A DNA stretch of 57,908 bases, from positions 1-57,908 of IMG/VR virus record IMGVR_UViG_3300023208_000397; one strand, written 5' to 3'. The position numbers and the translations under genes are program-made. Below are positions 44,669 through 53,044 of this stretch, in pieces. Under the pieces are notes generated by a model. It saw only the letters and a list, made by a program, of their open reading frames with translations, did not search any database and was not told where the DNA came from. The stretch is from a virus. Lineage: Duplodnaviria; Caudoviricetes. Numbering within the stretch: the first letter of the stretch is position 1; each line of letters starts with the position of its first letter.

Positions 44669-46306
44669 ATGGCCGTCGTCCGCATCGCGTCCTTCATGGG
44701 GGCAGCCCAGGCCTTGCATCCCAAGCTGCTGCCAGAGGCGGTGGGTGTGATCTCGCTGAACCAGAAGGTGGGGCGCGGCGATCTGCGGCCGCTGCGCGCG
44801 CCCGCCAATGTCGCGACCGTGCCGGCCGGCCGCCAGAGCATCTATCGCATGGGCCGCGACGTGGCCAGCGATGCGAACTACTGGCTGTCGTGGGCGACCT
44901 GGGTCAGCGTCGTGCGCGGCTTCAACACCGCGGAGAACGGCGAGCGGACCTACTACACCGGCGACGGGTTTCCGAAGTGGACGGACACGGCCAAGGCCCT
45001 GGGTGGGGCGCCGCCCGTGGCCTGGCGCGCGCTGGGCGTGCCGGCGCCGGCTGCGGCCCCGACGCTGGCCGCCGCGGGTGGTTCCGGTACCGCGGCCGAG
45101 AACCGGGCCTATGTCTACACCTACGTGAGCGACGCCGACGAAGAGAGCGCGCCGTCGCCGGCCGCGACCATCACCTGCAAGCCCAATGACACGATCACCA
45201 TCAGCGCTCTGGCCGCGGCCCCGGCCGGTAGCTACGGGATCAACCGCATCCGGATCTACCGGACGGAGACGACGTCGGCGGGTGCTGAGTTCTTCTTCCT
45301 GCGCGAGATCTCCTCGGCGGCCACCAGCACCACCGACGACAACCGGGCCCTGGGCGAGGTCCTGCCCTCGCTGACGTGGGTGACCGCGCCCGGCGTCCCC
45401 CAGGGGGGCGCCCTGAATATCACCGAGCCGACGCTGCACTCCCTGACACCGCTCTGGAATGGCATGCTCGCTGGCATCAGCGGGCGCGAGATCCGCTTCT
45501 GCGTCCCCTTCATTCCCCACGCCTGGCCCATCCAGTACGGGATCACCCCCTCCGATGTGACCCCGGTGACCCTGGCCGCCTTCGGCGAGGCCCTGGTGGT
45601 GCTGACAAATGGCCGGCCGATCATGGTCACCGGTGGATCGCCGGACGCAATGAACGAGCAGCCGGTGGAGTTCGTGCAGGCCTGTGTGTCCCAGCGCTCA
45701 GCGGTGAGCCTGGGGCACGGCGTGGCCTGGGCGTCGCCCGACGGGCTGGCCTACATCGGCGCCGCCGGCGCCCGGCTGCTGACGGCCAAGACGATGACCC
45801 GGGATGACTGGCAGGCCCTGAAGCCCGAGACCATCATCTCCGCCTTCTTCGAGGGCCGGTACTACGGCTTCTATCAGCCTTCGGCGGGCGTGAAGCGCTC
45901 GTTCATGATCGACCCGGGCAACCCGGACGGCATCTACTTCAGCGACCTGGGCGCCGACGCCGTCTATGTGGATGAGCTGCAGGGCGCGCTCTACATTCTC
46001 AACGGCACGGCCGTCCAGCGGTGGGAGGCCGGTGCCGGGCTGTCGGCGACGTTCCGCAGCAAGGTCTTCCAGCAGCAGCGCGAGCTCCCCGACTTCAGCT
46101 GGGGCAAGGTCATCGCCGACGCCTACCCCGTGACCTTCAAGCTGTTCACCAACGGCGCCGAGCGCGCCGTGGTCACCGTAACGAGCGAGGATCCGTTTCG
46201 TCTCCCCACAGGCGACCGTGTGCGCAGCGTGCAACTGCACATTGAGACCTCGGTCGCGGTGCAGGGCGCAGTAATTGCCCACAGCCTCGAGGAGATCACA
46301 GGATGA
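44669..46306 (+). CDS. Tail nozzle/DNA-stabilisation protein
   Basis: Beta-rich; YVYTYV...EES.PSP, PHAWP..Y, CVS.RS and ASPDGL motifs. Confidence 0.75.
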   Translation: MAVVRIASFMGAAQALHPKLLPEAVGVISLNQKVGRGDLRPLRAPANVATVPAGRQSIYRMGRDVASDANYWLSWATWVSVVRGFNTAENGERTYYTGDGFPKWTDTAKALGGAPPVAWRALGVPAPAAAPTLAAAGGSGTAAENRAYVYTYVSDADEESAPSPAATITCKPNDTITISALAAAPAGSYGINRIRIYRTETTSAGAEFFFLREISSAATSTTDDNRALGEVLPSLTWVTAPGVPQGGALNITEPTLHSLTPLWNGMLAGISGREIRFCVPFIPHAWPIQYGITPSDVTPVTLAAFGEALVVLTNGRPIMVTGGSPDAMNEQPVEFVQACVSQRSAVSLGHGVAWASPDGLAYIGAAGARLLTAKTMTRDDWQALKPETIISAFFEGRYYGFYQPSAGVKRSFMIDPGNPDGIYFSDLGADAVYVDELQGALYILNGTAVQRWEAGAGLSATFRSKVFQQQRELPDFSWGKVIADAYPVTFKLFTNGAERAVVTVTSEDPFRLPTGDRVRSVQLHIETSVAVQGAVIAHSLEEITG

Positions 46307-48057
46307 GCGCCGACCAGCGGAAGGACCTCCCGCCGTCCAGCAGCCCGGGCTTCCTGGACGCTGTTCGTGAGGTGCTGAGCGTCTACCTGGGCAAGCGCGG
46401 CGATCCTCTGAACCGCGGGGTCACCCTGCGCGACCTGTCCGACGCCGGGATGGTCGAGTTGTCGCCCGGGTACCTGCAGGGCCGGGGCGGCCGGCCCCCG
46501 ATTGTTGGGCCCGGCCCGAATGTCGGATCTGGCGGGGAGGGGGGCGTCGTCGAGCCCGATCTGACCCCGCCGCCGATGCCCTCGGGTGTGATCGTTGCCG
46601 CCACCTTCAGCGCGCTGATCATGCAGCACGCGGCCCCGATCTACACCCAGGGGCACGGCCATGCGCGGACAAAGGTCTACGGCGCGATCCGGGCCGCTGG
46701 CGCCCCACAGCCGGTGTTCGGTGACGCCGTGGAGATCACGCAGTTCGTGGGCAACATCTTTGCCCACCCAACAACCCTGGGCACGACCTGGCACCTGTGG
46801 TTCACCTGGATCAGCCAGGATGGGGTCGAGTCGACAGTGCCAGCCGGCGGCGCCAATGGCTTCGTGGCCACCACGGGCCGGATCGGTAACGCAGACCTGG
46901 GCCCGCTGATCGTTGAGGCCGGGAACCTGGCCGCCGCCGCGGTGGATCTGGGGTCATCCAAGGTGACGGGCACGATCACCGACCCTGCGCGCTTCGGGGC
47001 CGTGGCCGTGGGCTACACGGTCACCCAGTACCTGGTGGCCACCAGCGGACTGTTGGCGAACCTGCGCGTCGATGATGCCCAGATGGTCTCGGTGTCGGCC
47101 GACAAGCTGCTGGCCGGCGCCATCCAGGTCGGCCGCCACATCCAGAGCGCCGACTTCGTGCCCGGGACCAGCGGATGGGTGATTCGCGGCAACGGCACCG
47201 CCGAGTTCGCCGCCGCCTCCATCCGCGGCAAGATCACCGCCAACCAGTTCGACGGCCGCGGGGCTCGGATTGAGGACGAAGCCGGCAATCTGATCCTGGG
47301 GGCTGGCAACGCTCTGGCGCTGGGCTACGTGCCGCCGGGGGCGCTGAACAGCAATGTTGGCGGGGTGAATCTCGCCTTTGGCTCTCAGCTCTCCGGCAGT
47401 GCAGGCCCCGGTGAGTACGGCAAAGGTCTCGGCATCCTCTACGACTATCTTGGGGGCTACAACCCGTTCGGTATCAAGGCCGGAGATGTCTTCACAATCT
47501 CGGCAGAAGTCTGGCAGGACGGAGCATCTGCTGCGGCTGGGCAAATTGCCGTGCTCTACCTCTACTGCGCCAATTCCGTTGGCACATGGGTGGCGCAGGC
47601 TGCGGTGTCAGGGGCGGGGCAGACGTCTGTCGGTGCCCGGTCCAGCGCGACGCTCACTGTGCATCCTGATACCGTCACCATTGGGTGGGCTGTCTACCAC
47701 CAGCTCGGAGCTACGAACACGGTTGGCACGGCATTGGCGGATCGCGTCCAAGTCGAGCGCGGGTCCGTCGCGACCCAGTACAAGCCTGGCGTTGAGCCTG
47801 GGGCAACGAGAGGGGCCACGTTCGGGGTCAACATCGGCGGCCAGATTACCCCTGGCAATGCATCGACCTACATCGCCAACGCAGCAATCGGTGCGGCCCA
47901 GGTCGGCGTGTTGAGCGCTGCGAACCTCACGGTCGGCGCGATCTCCCAGACCGTCAACGGCGGCGCCGGTAGCGGCCAGAGCCGGATCGTGATGAACACC
48001 AATGAGTTCGTGTTCTACAACGCATCCAACGTGGCCCGGATCCGCATGATCCCCTGA
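46303..48057 (+). CDS. Tail fibre/tip protein with a variable CBM-like insert
   Basis: GWVIRGNG.AEF and GAT.GATFGVNI.GQI...N.STYIANAAI motifs; lower-GC segment at about 47360-47810. Confidence 0.7.
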   Translation: MSADQRKDLPPSSSPGFLDAVREVLSVYLGKRGDPLNRGVTLRDLSDAGMVELSPGYLQGRGGRPPIVGPGPNVGSGGEGGVVEPDLTPPPMPSGVIVAATFSALIMQHAAPIYTQGHGHARTKVYGAIRAAGAPQPVFGDAVEITQFVGNIFAHPTTLGTTWHLWFTWISQDGVESTVPAGGANGFVATTGRIGNADLGPLIVEAGNLAAAAVDLGSSKVTGTITDPARFGAVAVGYTVTQYLVATSGLLANLRVDDAQMVSVSADKLLAGAIQVGRHIQSADFVPGTSGWVIRGNGTAEFAAASIRGKITANQFDGRGARIEDEAGNLILGAGNALALGYVPPGALNSNVGGVNLAFGSQLSGSAGPGEYGKGLGILYDYLGGYNPFGIKAGDVFTISAEVWQDGASAAAGQIAVLYLYCANSVGTWVAQAAVSGAGQTSVGARSSATLTVHPDTVTIGWAVYHQLGATNTVGTALADRVQVERGSVATQYKPGVEPGATRGATFGVNIGGQITPGNASTYIANAAIGAAQVGVLSAANLTVGAISQTVNGGAGSGQSRIVMNTNEFVFYNASNVARIRMIP

Positions 48058-48060
48058 GCC

Positions 48061-49077
48061 ATGCCGATCCGCACTTACTTCCCAGACGGGAGCCTGATGT
48101 TCGACAGCGACACGGCCGAGGGGGGGCTGTGCGTTGGGCTCTACTCCATCCCCGCAGGAAGCAGCTTCAGCAAGAGCTGGCCCCAGCTGGCAGGCGCCAC
48201 GCTGGTTGTCTGTAGCGACGCTGGCCGCATCGTGCCCCTGCCTTCAGTTGGCGGCAGCGTTCCGACCCTGACGCTGTCACCGTCGTCGGTGGACCGCTGC
48301 TACATGGTCTGGGCCCTGGGCCTCCCTGCCATCCTGAACGGGCCTGGCATCACCGCACAGGCCGGCGATGGCAACCTGTCCCTGGTGACCGGAGGCCGCG
48401 GCCTGAACTACATCGGGAGGGCCAGCTACGTGGGGACCGTGGAGCGGCCGTCTAGTGGGGCGATCCGAACCTCAGCCTACAAGATCGTGCGGGTGACATC
48501 GGCCACCCAGCCGGTGGGCATCGTTGACCTGTCCAGCGGCTGCTCTGTCCAGTCCTCTCCCGCATTCCGGAATGTCGGCGGCAATACCTGGGAGGGCCGT
48601 CTAGTCGCCTGCGCCACCGCGCCCACTGCCTTCGGCGTCCCGCCAGCAGCTGCGGACCTGCTGGAGCCTGTGATTCAGTGCTTTGCCGTCCCGGCGGCTC
48701 CTGGGCTCGGCACACAGTTCGCGCTCTATGACGATGACCTGAGCCTGGCCTACGACCTACTGGCCGGCCGGCTGCTGACCTGCGCCCAGATGGTCAGCTA
48801 TGCCGCCGGGGACCTGGTGCCAACCCTGGGGCACTCGGTGTCGACGGTCGGTGGATCGCTCGGGCTCTTCGGCAGCGCATCGGTTCGCATTGAGAGCGCG
48901 CGCGGCACCGCCTCGTCTACGTGGTCTACGGGCTTCTGGCGCCGAAGTGGATCCACGCTCTATCTGGAGCGTGGCGTCACCGAGTATGAGATCGACAGCA
49001 TTCCGCCCGACTCGCCGATCTTTCGATTCAACAACGGGGCGCGTGTGCTCCTCGTAGACCTTGCAGGACTGCCATAG
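48061..49077 (+). CDS. Tail-associated protein
   Basis: Beta-rich; position after the fibre gene. Confidence 0.6.
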   Translation: MPIRTYFPDGSLMFDSDTAEGGLCVGLYSIPAGSSFSKSWPQLAGATLVVCSDAGRIVPLPSVGGSVPTLTLSPSSVDRCYMVWALGLPAILNGPGITAQAGDGNLSLVTGGRGLNYIGRASYVGTVERPSSGAIRTSAYKIVRVTSATQPVGIVDLSSGCSVQSSPAFRNVGGNTWEGRLVACATAPTAFGVPPAAADLLEPVIQCFAVPAAPGLGTQFALYDDDLSLAYDLLAGRLLTCAQMVSYAAGDLVPTLGHSVSTVGGSLGLFGSASVRIESARGTASSTWSTGFWRRSGSTLYLERGVTEYEIDSIPPDSPIFRFNNGARVLLVDLAGLP

Positions 49078-49079
49078 CC

Positions 49080-49736
49080 ATGCCGATCATCAAAGCCGCC
49101 TCCACCCCCCACGGCGCAGCCGTGGGCTACCACATCGCCCGCCGCGTTGAGGGCGATTTGTCCTCGGCAGAGCTGGTGGTCAGCGTCCACAGCTGGCCCA
49201 CCGAGGAGGACTACCTGCAGGCCGGTGCCACCGCGGGCCCGACCTTCCAGTTCTTCGTCCCGCTGCCGGTGTCGGTGCTCGCCGGCCCCGACGTCATGGC
49301 CTCGGTGGAGGCAGCGCTATGCGGGCTGCCGGTGGACGGCCACAACCCCTGCAAAGGCGGCGCCCGTGTGCCGCTGCCCAGCGCTCCCGACCATGCCAGG
49401 GCCCGGCAGTGGGCCATGATCAAACAGGCCCGGGCAATCCTGTCCGCGGAGCCGATCACCGTCAGCGGCCGTACCTTTGACGCCGATGAGGGCTCGGTGC
49501 GCAATGTGATGGGCGCACTGCAGGGCATGAGCATCACCGGGGGCCAGTCCATCGAGTGGACCCTGGCCGACAACAGCCGGGCCACGCTCAGCCTGGCTGA
49601 CCTGCAGGCGCTGGGCGCCTCGCTAATGGGCCGCCTGAACGATCTGCACGCCACGGCCCGGGGGCTGCGCGAGCAGCTGGACGCGGCACAAACGGTGGAG
49701 GAGATCCGGGCCGTGGTGTGGCCGAGCCAGCCCTAG
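49080..49736 (+). CDS. DUF4376-like tail fibre assembly protein
   Basis: IK.AR, FDAD..S, WTLADN and LR..LDAA.T.EEI.AV.W motifs. Confidence 0.8.
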   Translation: MPIIKAASTPHGAAVGYHIARRVEGDLSSAELVVSVHSWPTEEDYLQAGATAGPTFQFFVPLPVSVLAGPDVMASVEAALCGLPVDGHNPCKGGARVPLPSAPDHARARQWAMIKQARAILSAEPITVSGRTFDADEGSVRNVMGALQGMSITGGQSIEWTLADNSRATLSLADLQALGASLMGRLNDLHATARGLREQLDAAQTVEEIRAVVWPSQP

Positions 49737-49743
49737 CCGTTCC

Positions 49744-49763
49744 GGTGCCAAGGCTGGCAGGCT
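49744..49763 (+). promoter_or_regulatory. Late-promoter motif copy 8 (leaderless mRNA)
   Basis: GGTGCCAAGGCTGGCAGGCT, 7 nt before ATG 49771. Confidence 0.75.
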
Positions 49764-49770
49764 CCCGGCC

Positions 49771-50199
49771 ATGAAACCCGAGCTGGACTTCGACCAAGAG
49801 GCGGTTTTCGCGTGGATGCGCAGCCGCCTGCCCGGGTACGGCCGCAGCGATGGCGCCCGGGCCATTGGCCTGCGCCGCGGCGGCGTGCTGGTGGCCGGCG
49901 TGGCCTTCGATGGCTTCAACGGCCGCAACCTCTGGATGCACGTCGCGGCCGACCCGGGCGGCCGGTGGCTGACCCGTGGCTACCTGGACGCGTGCTTCCG
50001 GTATGCGTTCGTGGTCTGCGGTGTCGACCGCGTCAGCGGCTATGTGGACGCCAGCAACGAGGCCGCCCGTCGATTCGATGAGCACCTCGGGTTCAAAGAG
50101 GAAGCCCGTCTCAAGGGCGCCGCACAGGATGGCGGTGACGTGATCTTGTATGTGATGCGCCGAGAGGACTGCCGCTATGGCCAAATTCCACCGCACTGA
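49771..50199 (+). CDS. GNAT-fold acetyltransferase-like protein of the ejection module
   Basis: V..SN..A.RF.EHLGF.EE..L motif. Confidence 0.85.
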   Translation: MKPELDFDQEAVFAWMRSRLPGYGRSDGARAIGLRRGGVLVAGVAFDGFNGRNLWMHVAADPGGRWLTRGYLDACFRYAFVVCGVDRVSGYVDASNEAARRFDEHLGFKEEARLKGAAQDGGDVILYVMRREDCRYGQIPPH

Positions 50200-51295
50200 G
50201 TTCGACCTGCTGCCGGAGCGAGCATTCCGGCCGCGCGCCGGGCGCCGCCATGGCCCCATGACGCTCGAAGGGGGCGGGAAGGGAAGCGATGCGCCGGCAC
50301 CGGATCCGCGCCTGGTCGAGGCTCAGATTCGCAGCATGGGCATCCAGGACTCTGCGATCCAGAGCATCCTGAAGAACAGCAACGAGCTGCTTCCCCTCCA
50401 GAAGGAGCAGCTGCAGTTCGGGCTCGATGCCAGCCGCAAGGCCTACGAGCAGTCGCAGTCCGACCGCCAGTGGATGCTCTCCCGCCGCGACCTGCTGTCG
50501 GGCGTGCAGGACAAGCTGGTCAAGGACGCCGCCGACTTCAACACCGAGGCCCGGCGTGAGGAGCTGGCGGGCCAGGCTCTGGCCGACGTCAACACCGCGG
50601 CATCCAGCGCCCGCGACCAGTCGGCCCGGGCCCTGGCCAGGATGGGCGTCAACCCGGGGAGCGGCCGGGCCCTGGCCCTGGACCAGCAGACTCAGATCGC
50701 CCAGACCGCTGCGGGTGCCGGCGCCGCGAACAAGGCCCGCGAGTCCGCACGCGCCGAGGGCTACGCGCTGACCGACCGGGCCAGCAACGCGCTGGCCGGC
50801 TACCCGGCTATGAGCTCGGCAGCCACCGGATCCGGTGCCTCGTTTGCAGCCGGTGGTGTGGGTCTGGTGAACTCTGGGCTCGCCGGCCAGAACTCGGGCT
50901 ATGGAGCCGCGGCCACGGGTGCCGGCCAGATGGGCGCGAACGCGACGAGCATGTGGGGCGCCCAGGCGAACTACAAGAACGCCCAGGACCAGATCAACCA
51001 GGGCGAGAGCTTCGGGAGCCTGGCGGGCGGCATCGGTGGCCTCGCCGCGGGCTTGGCGAAGACTGGCCTGTTCTCGGATCGCCGCCTCAAGACCGACCTG
51101 AAGGTGGTCGGTCGCGATGCCGCCACCGGGCTGCGCCTCTGGGCATTCCGGTACATCAGCGACCCGGCCCGGCGCTACATCGGCGTCATGGCCGATGAGG
51201 TCAAGCAGGTTCGCCCCGATGCTGTCTGGCGCGGCGCCGACGGCTTTGATCGTGTCAACTACGGCCTGCTGGGCCTCGAAATGGTGGAGGCCTGA
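50177..51295 (+). CDS. Internal virion/ejection protein with a C-terminal S74-like (SDRRLK) domain
   Basis: GGGKG..AP.PDP N-terminus, Gly/Ala-rich body, FSDRRLK...GVMADEV...V.Y. Confidence 0.8.
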   Translation: MAKFHRTEFDLLPERAFRPRAGRRHGPMTLEGGGKGSDAPAPDPRLVEAQIRSMGIQDSAIQSILKNSNELLPLQKEQLQFGLDASRKAYEQSQSDRQWMLSRRDLLSGVQDKLVKDAADFNTEARREELAGQALADVNTAASSARDQSARALARMGVNPGSGRALALDQQTQIAQTAAGAGAANKARESARAEGYALTDRASNALAGYPAMSSAATGSGASFAAGGVGLVNSGLAGQNSGYGAAATGAGQMGANATSMWGAQANYKNAQDQINQGESFGSLAGGIGGLAAGLAKTGLFSDRRLKTDLKVVGRDAATGLRLWAFRYISDPARRYIGVMADEVKQVRPDAVWRGADGFDRVNYGLLGLEMVEA

Positions 51296-51296
51296 T

Positions 51297-53039
51297 ATGG
51301 CACGCAGGGGATTCTCCGACTTCGTCCGCAACTTCGGCCTGGGCTACGGCCTGGTCAACCAGATCGACCAGGACCTGCAGCTCGGCAAGATCGCTGACGC
51401 GAAGCCGGTGCAGTCGCAGGGCTTCACCGCGGAGGATGGCAAGCAGCTCGAGGCCATCGCCAACGCCAAGGATGCGGAGGGCAAGCCGCTCTACCAGGTC
51501 ACGGCCAATGAGGACGGCAGCTACGGCGTGGCCACCACCGCGGACCCGTCGATGGCCGGCGTGATCCGCCAGCAGGGCGTCACCGAGTTCCTGGGGCAGC
51601 GCACGGCCGGCGAGATGACGCCCGCCCAGGTCGACAGTGCGCGCCAGCGCGCCATGGCCGGGGTGATCATGCGGACCGATCCGGTGGGCGGCGGGCGCAT
51701 GCTGCGCGAACTCACGCAGGATGACCGCGAGGCCCAGCGTTTCAGCTGGGACAAGCAACGCAACGAGCGGGACCTGCGCCGCTCCGCGCAGGCCGAGGAC
51801 GACGAGACTTTCCTGCGCAACCTGGATGCGGAGGCGGCCCAGTGGCATGCCGAACGGCTCAAGAACCCGGACGGCACCTCGCGCGCGGCAACCACCGACG
51901 ACTTCCTGGCGGCCACCCAGTGGCGGGCCTTCAAGATGGCGGAGGCGGGCCGTCTCAACGAGGCGAGCCAGGCTTTTCGGGACTACGCGGCGCAGTCCCA
52001 CATCAAGCTGCAGCTGGAAACCGAGGCGCGCAATAAGGCCCTGGGCGAAACCGCCTCGCGCCTGGCCGCCGGCGACCTGAACTCGGTGCGCGACTTCTAC
52101 AACCAGTTCGTGCCCGATGGGGCGAAGGTCATTGATGTGCGCCGGGGTGCAGACGGCCAGATCACCATCGAGCGCGAGTCCCTGGACGGCCGCAAGATGC
52201 CGGCCACGGTGATGAAGGACACCGGGCAGCTTGTCAGCGCGCTGGCCACCTTCCGTGATCCGATGGCGATCTACAACTGGAGCCAGAACGAGTTCCGGAA
52301 CAACCTGGCGCTCAAGGCCGATGCCCGGGCGAGTGCCGCGGAAGGGCGTGCGGCCGCTGAGTTCAAGGCCGGTGAGACCCAGCGGCAGCTGGGCGGCGCC
52401 ATGGCAGGCCTGCAGATGGCCGTCATCAACGCCAAGACCCCGGAGGAACAGGCCGCTGCGCGTGCGAACCTGATCGGCGCCCAGAACGGCCTAGGGCTGA
52501 ACAAGAAGGAGGCGCCGACCGGGTACCGCTGGAAGGGGAATGGCGACCTTGAGCCGATCCCGGGCGGTCCTGGTGACAAATCCGCAGCGGCGCAGAAGAC
52601 CCCCGCTGAAGTGCAGCGAATGAACGTCGCGCTCCGTGCTCTGGACCAGGGCCTAGTGGAGTACGAGACGATACTCAAGAACTTCAACCCACGCGACCCG
52701 ACTGCGCAGCTGGACGCGCCGACCCGCGCACGCGTCGAGTCTCTGCTGGCTGACCTGCAGATGCAGTTCAAGGAAGCACAGGCCCTGGGAGCGCTCACTG
52801 GCCCCGACCTGGAGATCCTGGGTAAGGCCCTGGCCAGCCCGACCTCGCTGCGAGGTGCGCTGTACGGCCGAGACGGCCTGTCTGCCCAGCTTGGCGAGGT
52901 CCGCAAAGGCCTGGATCGCCGAAAGCAGGCTATCGCTGACGAGTTCGGGACCAAGCCGATCCCGCCCAGCACGCCGGCCGCCGGTGCCGCGCCCGCAGCT
53001 GCCGGCGGCAAGGACGGCTTCAGCGGACTGTGGAGGTAA
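51297..53039 (+). CDS. Internal virion/ejection protein
   Basis: Helical and Ala/Gln-rich; P.GYRW..G.LEPIPGGP.D motif. Confidence 0.7.
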   Translation: MARRGFSDFVRNFGLGYGLVNQIDQDLQLGKIADAKPVQSQGFTAEDGKQLEAIANAKDAEGKPLYQVTANEDGSYGVATTADPSMAGVIRQQGVTEFLGQRTAGEMTPAQVDSARQRAMAGVIMRTDPVGGGRMLRELTQDDREAQRFSWDKQRNERDLRRSAQAEDDETFLRNLDAEAAQWHAERLKNPDGTSRAATTDDFLAATQWRAFKMAEAGRLNEASQAFRDYAAQSHIKLQLETEARNKALGETASRLAAGDLNSVRDFYNQFVPDGAKVIDVRRGADGQITIERESLDGRKMPATVMKDTGQLVSALATFRDPMAIYNWSQNEFRNNLALKADARASAAEGRAAAEFKAGETQRQLGGAMAGLQMAVINAKTPEEQAAARANLIGAQNGLGLNKKEAPTGYRWKGNGDLEPIPGGPGDKSAAAQKTPAEVQRMNVALRALDQGLVEYETILKNFNPRDPTAQLDAPTRARVESLLADLQMQFKEAQALGALTGPDLEILGKALASPTSLRGALYGRDGLSAQLGEVRKGLDRRKQAIADEFGTKPIPPSTPAAGAAPAAAGGKDGFSGLWR

Positions 53040-53044
53040 GCCCG

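Noticed and set aside
46303-49736. Diversity-generating retroelement acting on tail genes
   Set aside because: No reverse transcriptase and no TR/VR repeat pair were seen.
26141-49763. Repeated motif read as a sigma54 promoter or an N4 virion-RNAP hairpin promoter
   Set aside because: GG-N10-GC spacing is not kept in most copies and would place +1 inside the ORF where ATG follows closely. The dyad is broken in the TACCA/CACCA copies, and no phage RNA polymerase is encoded.
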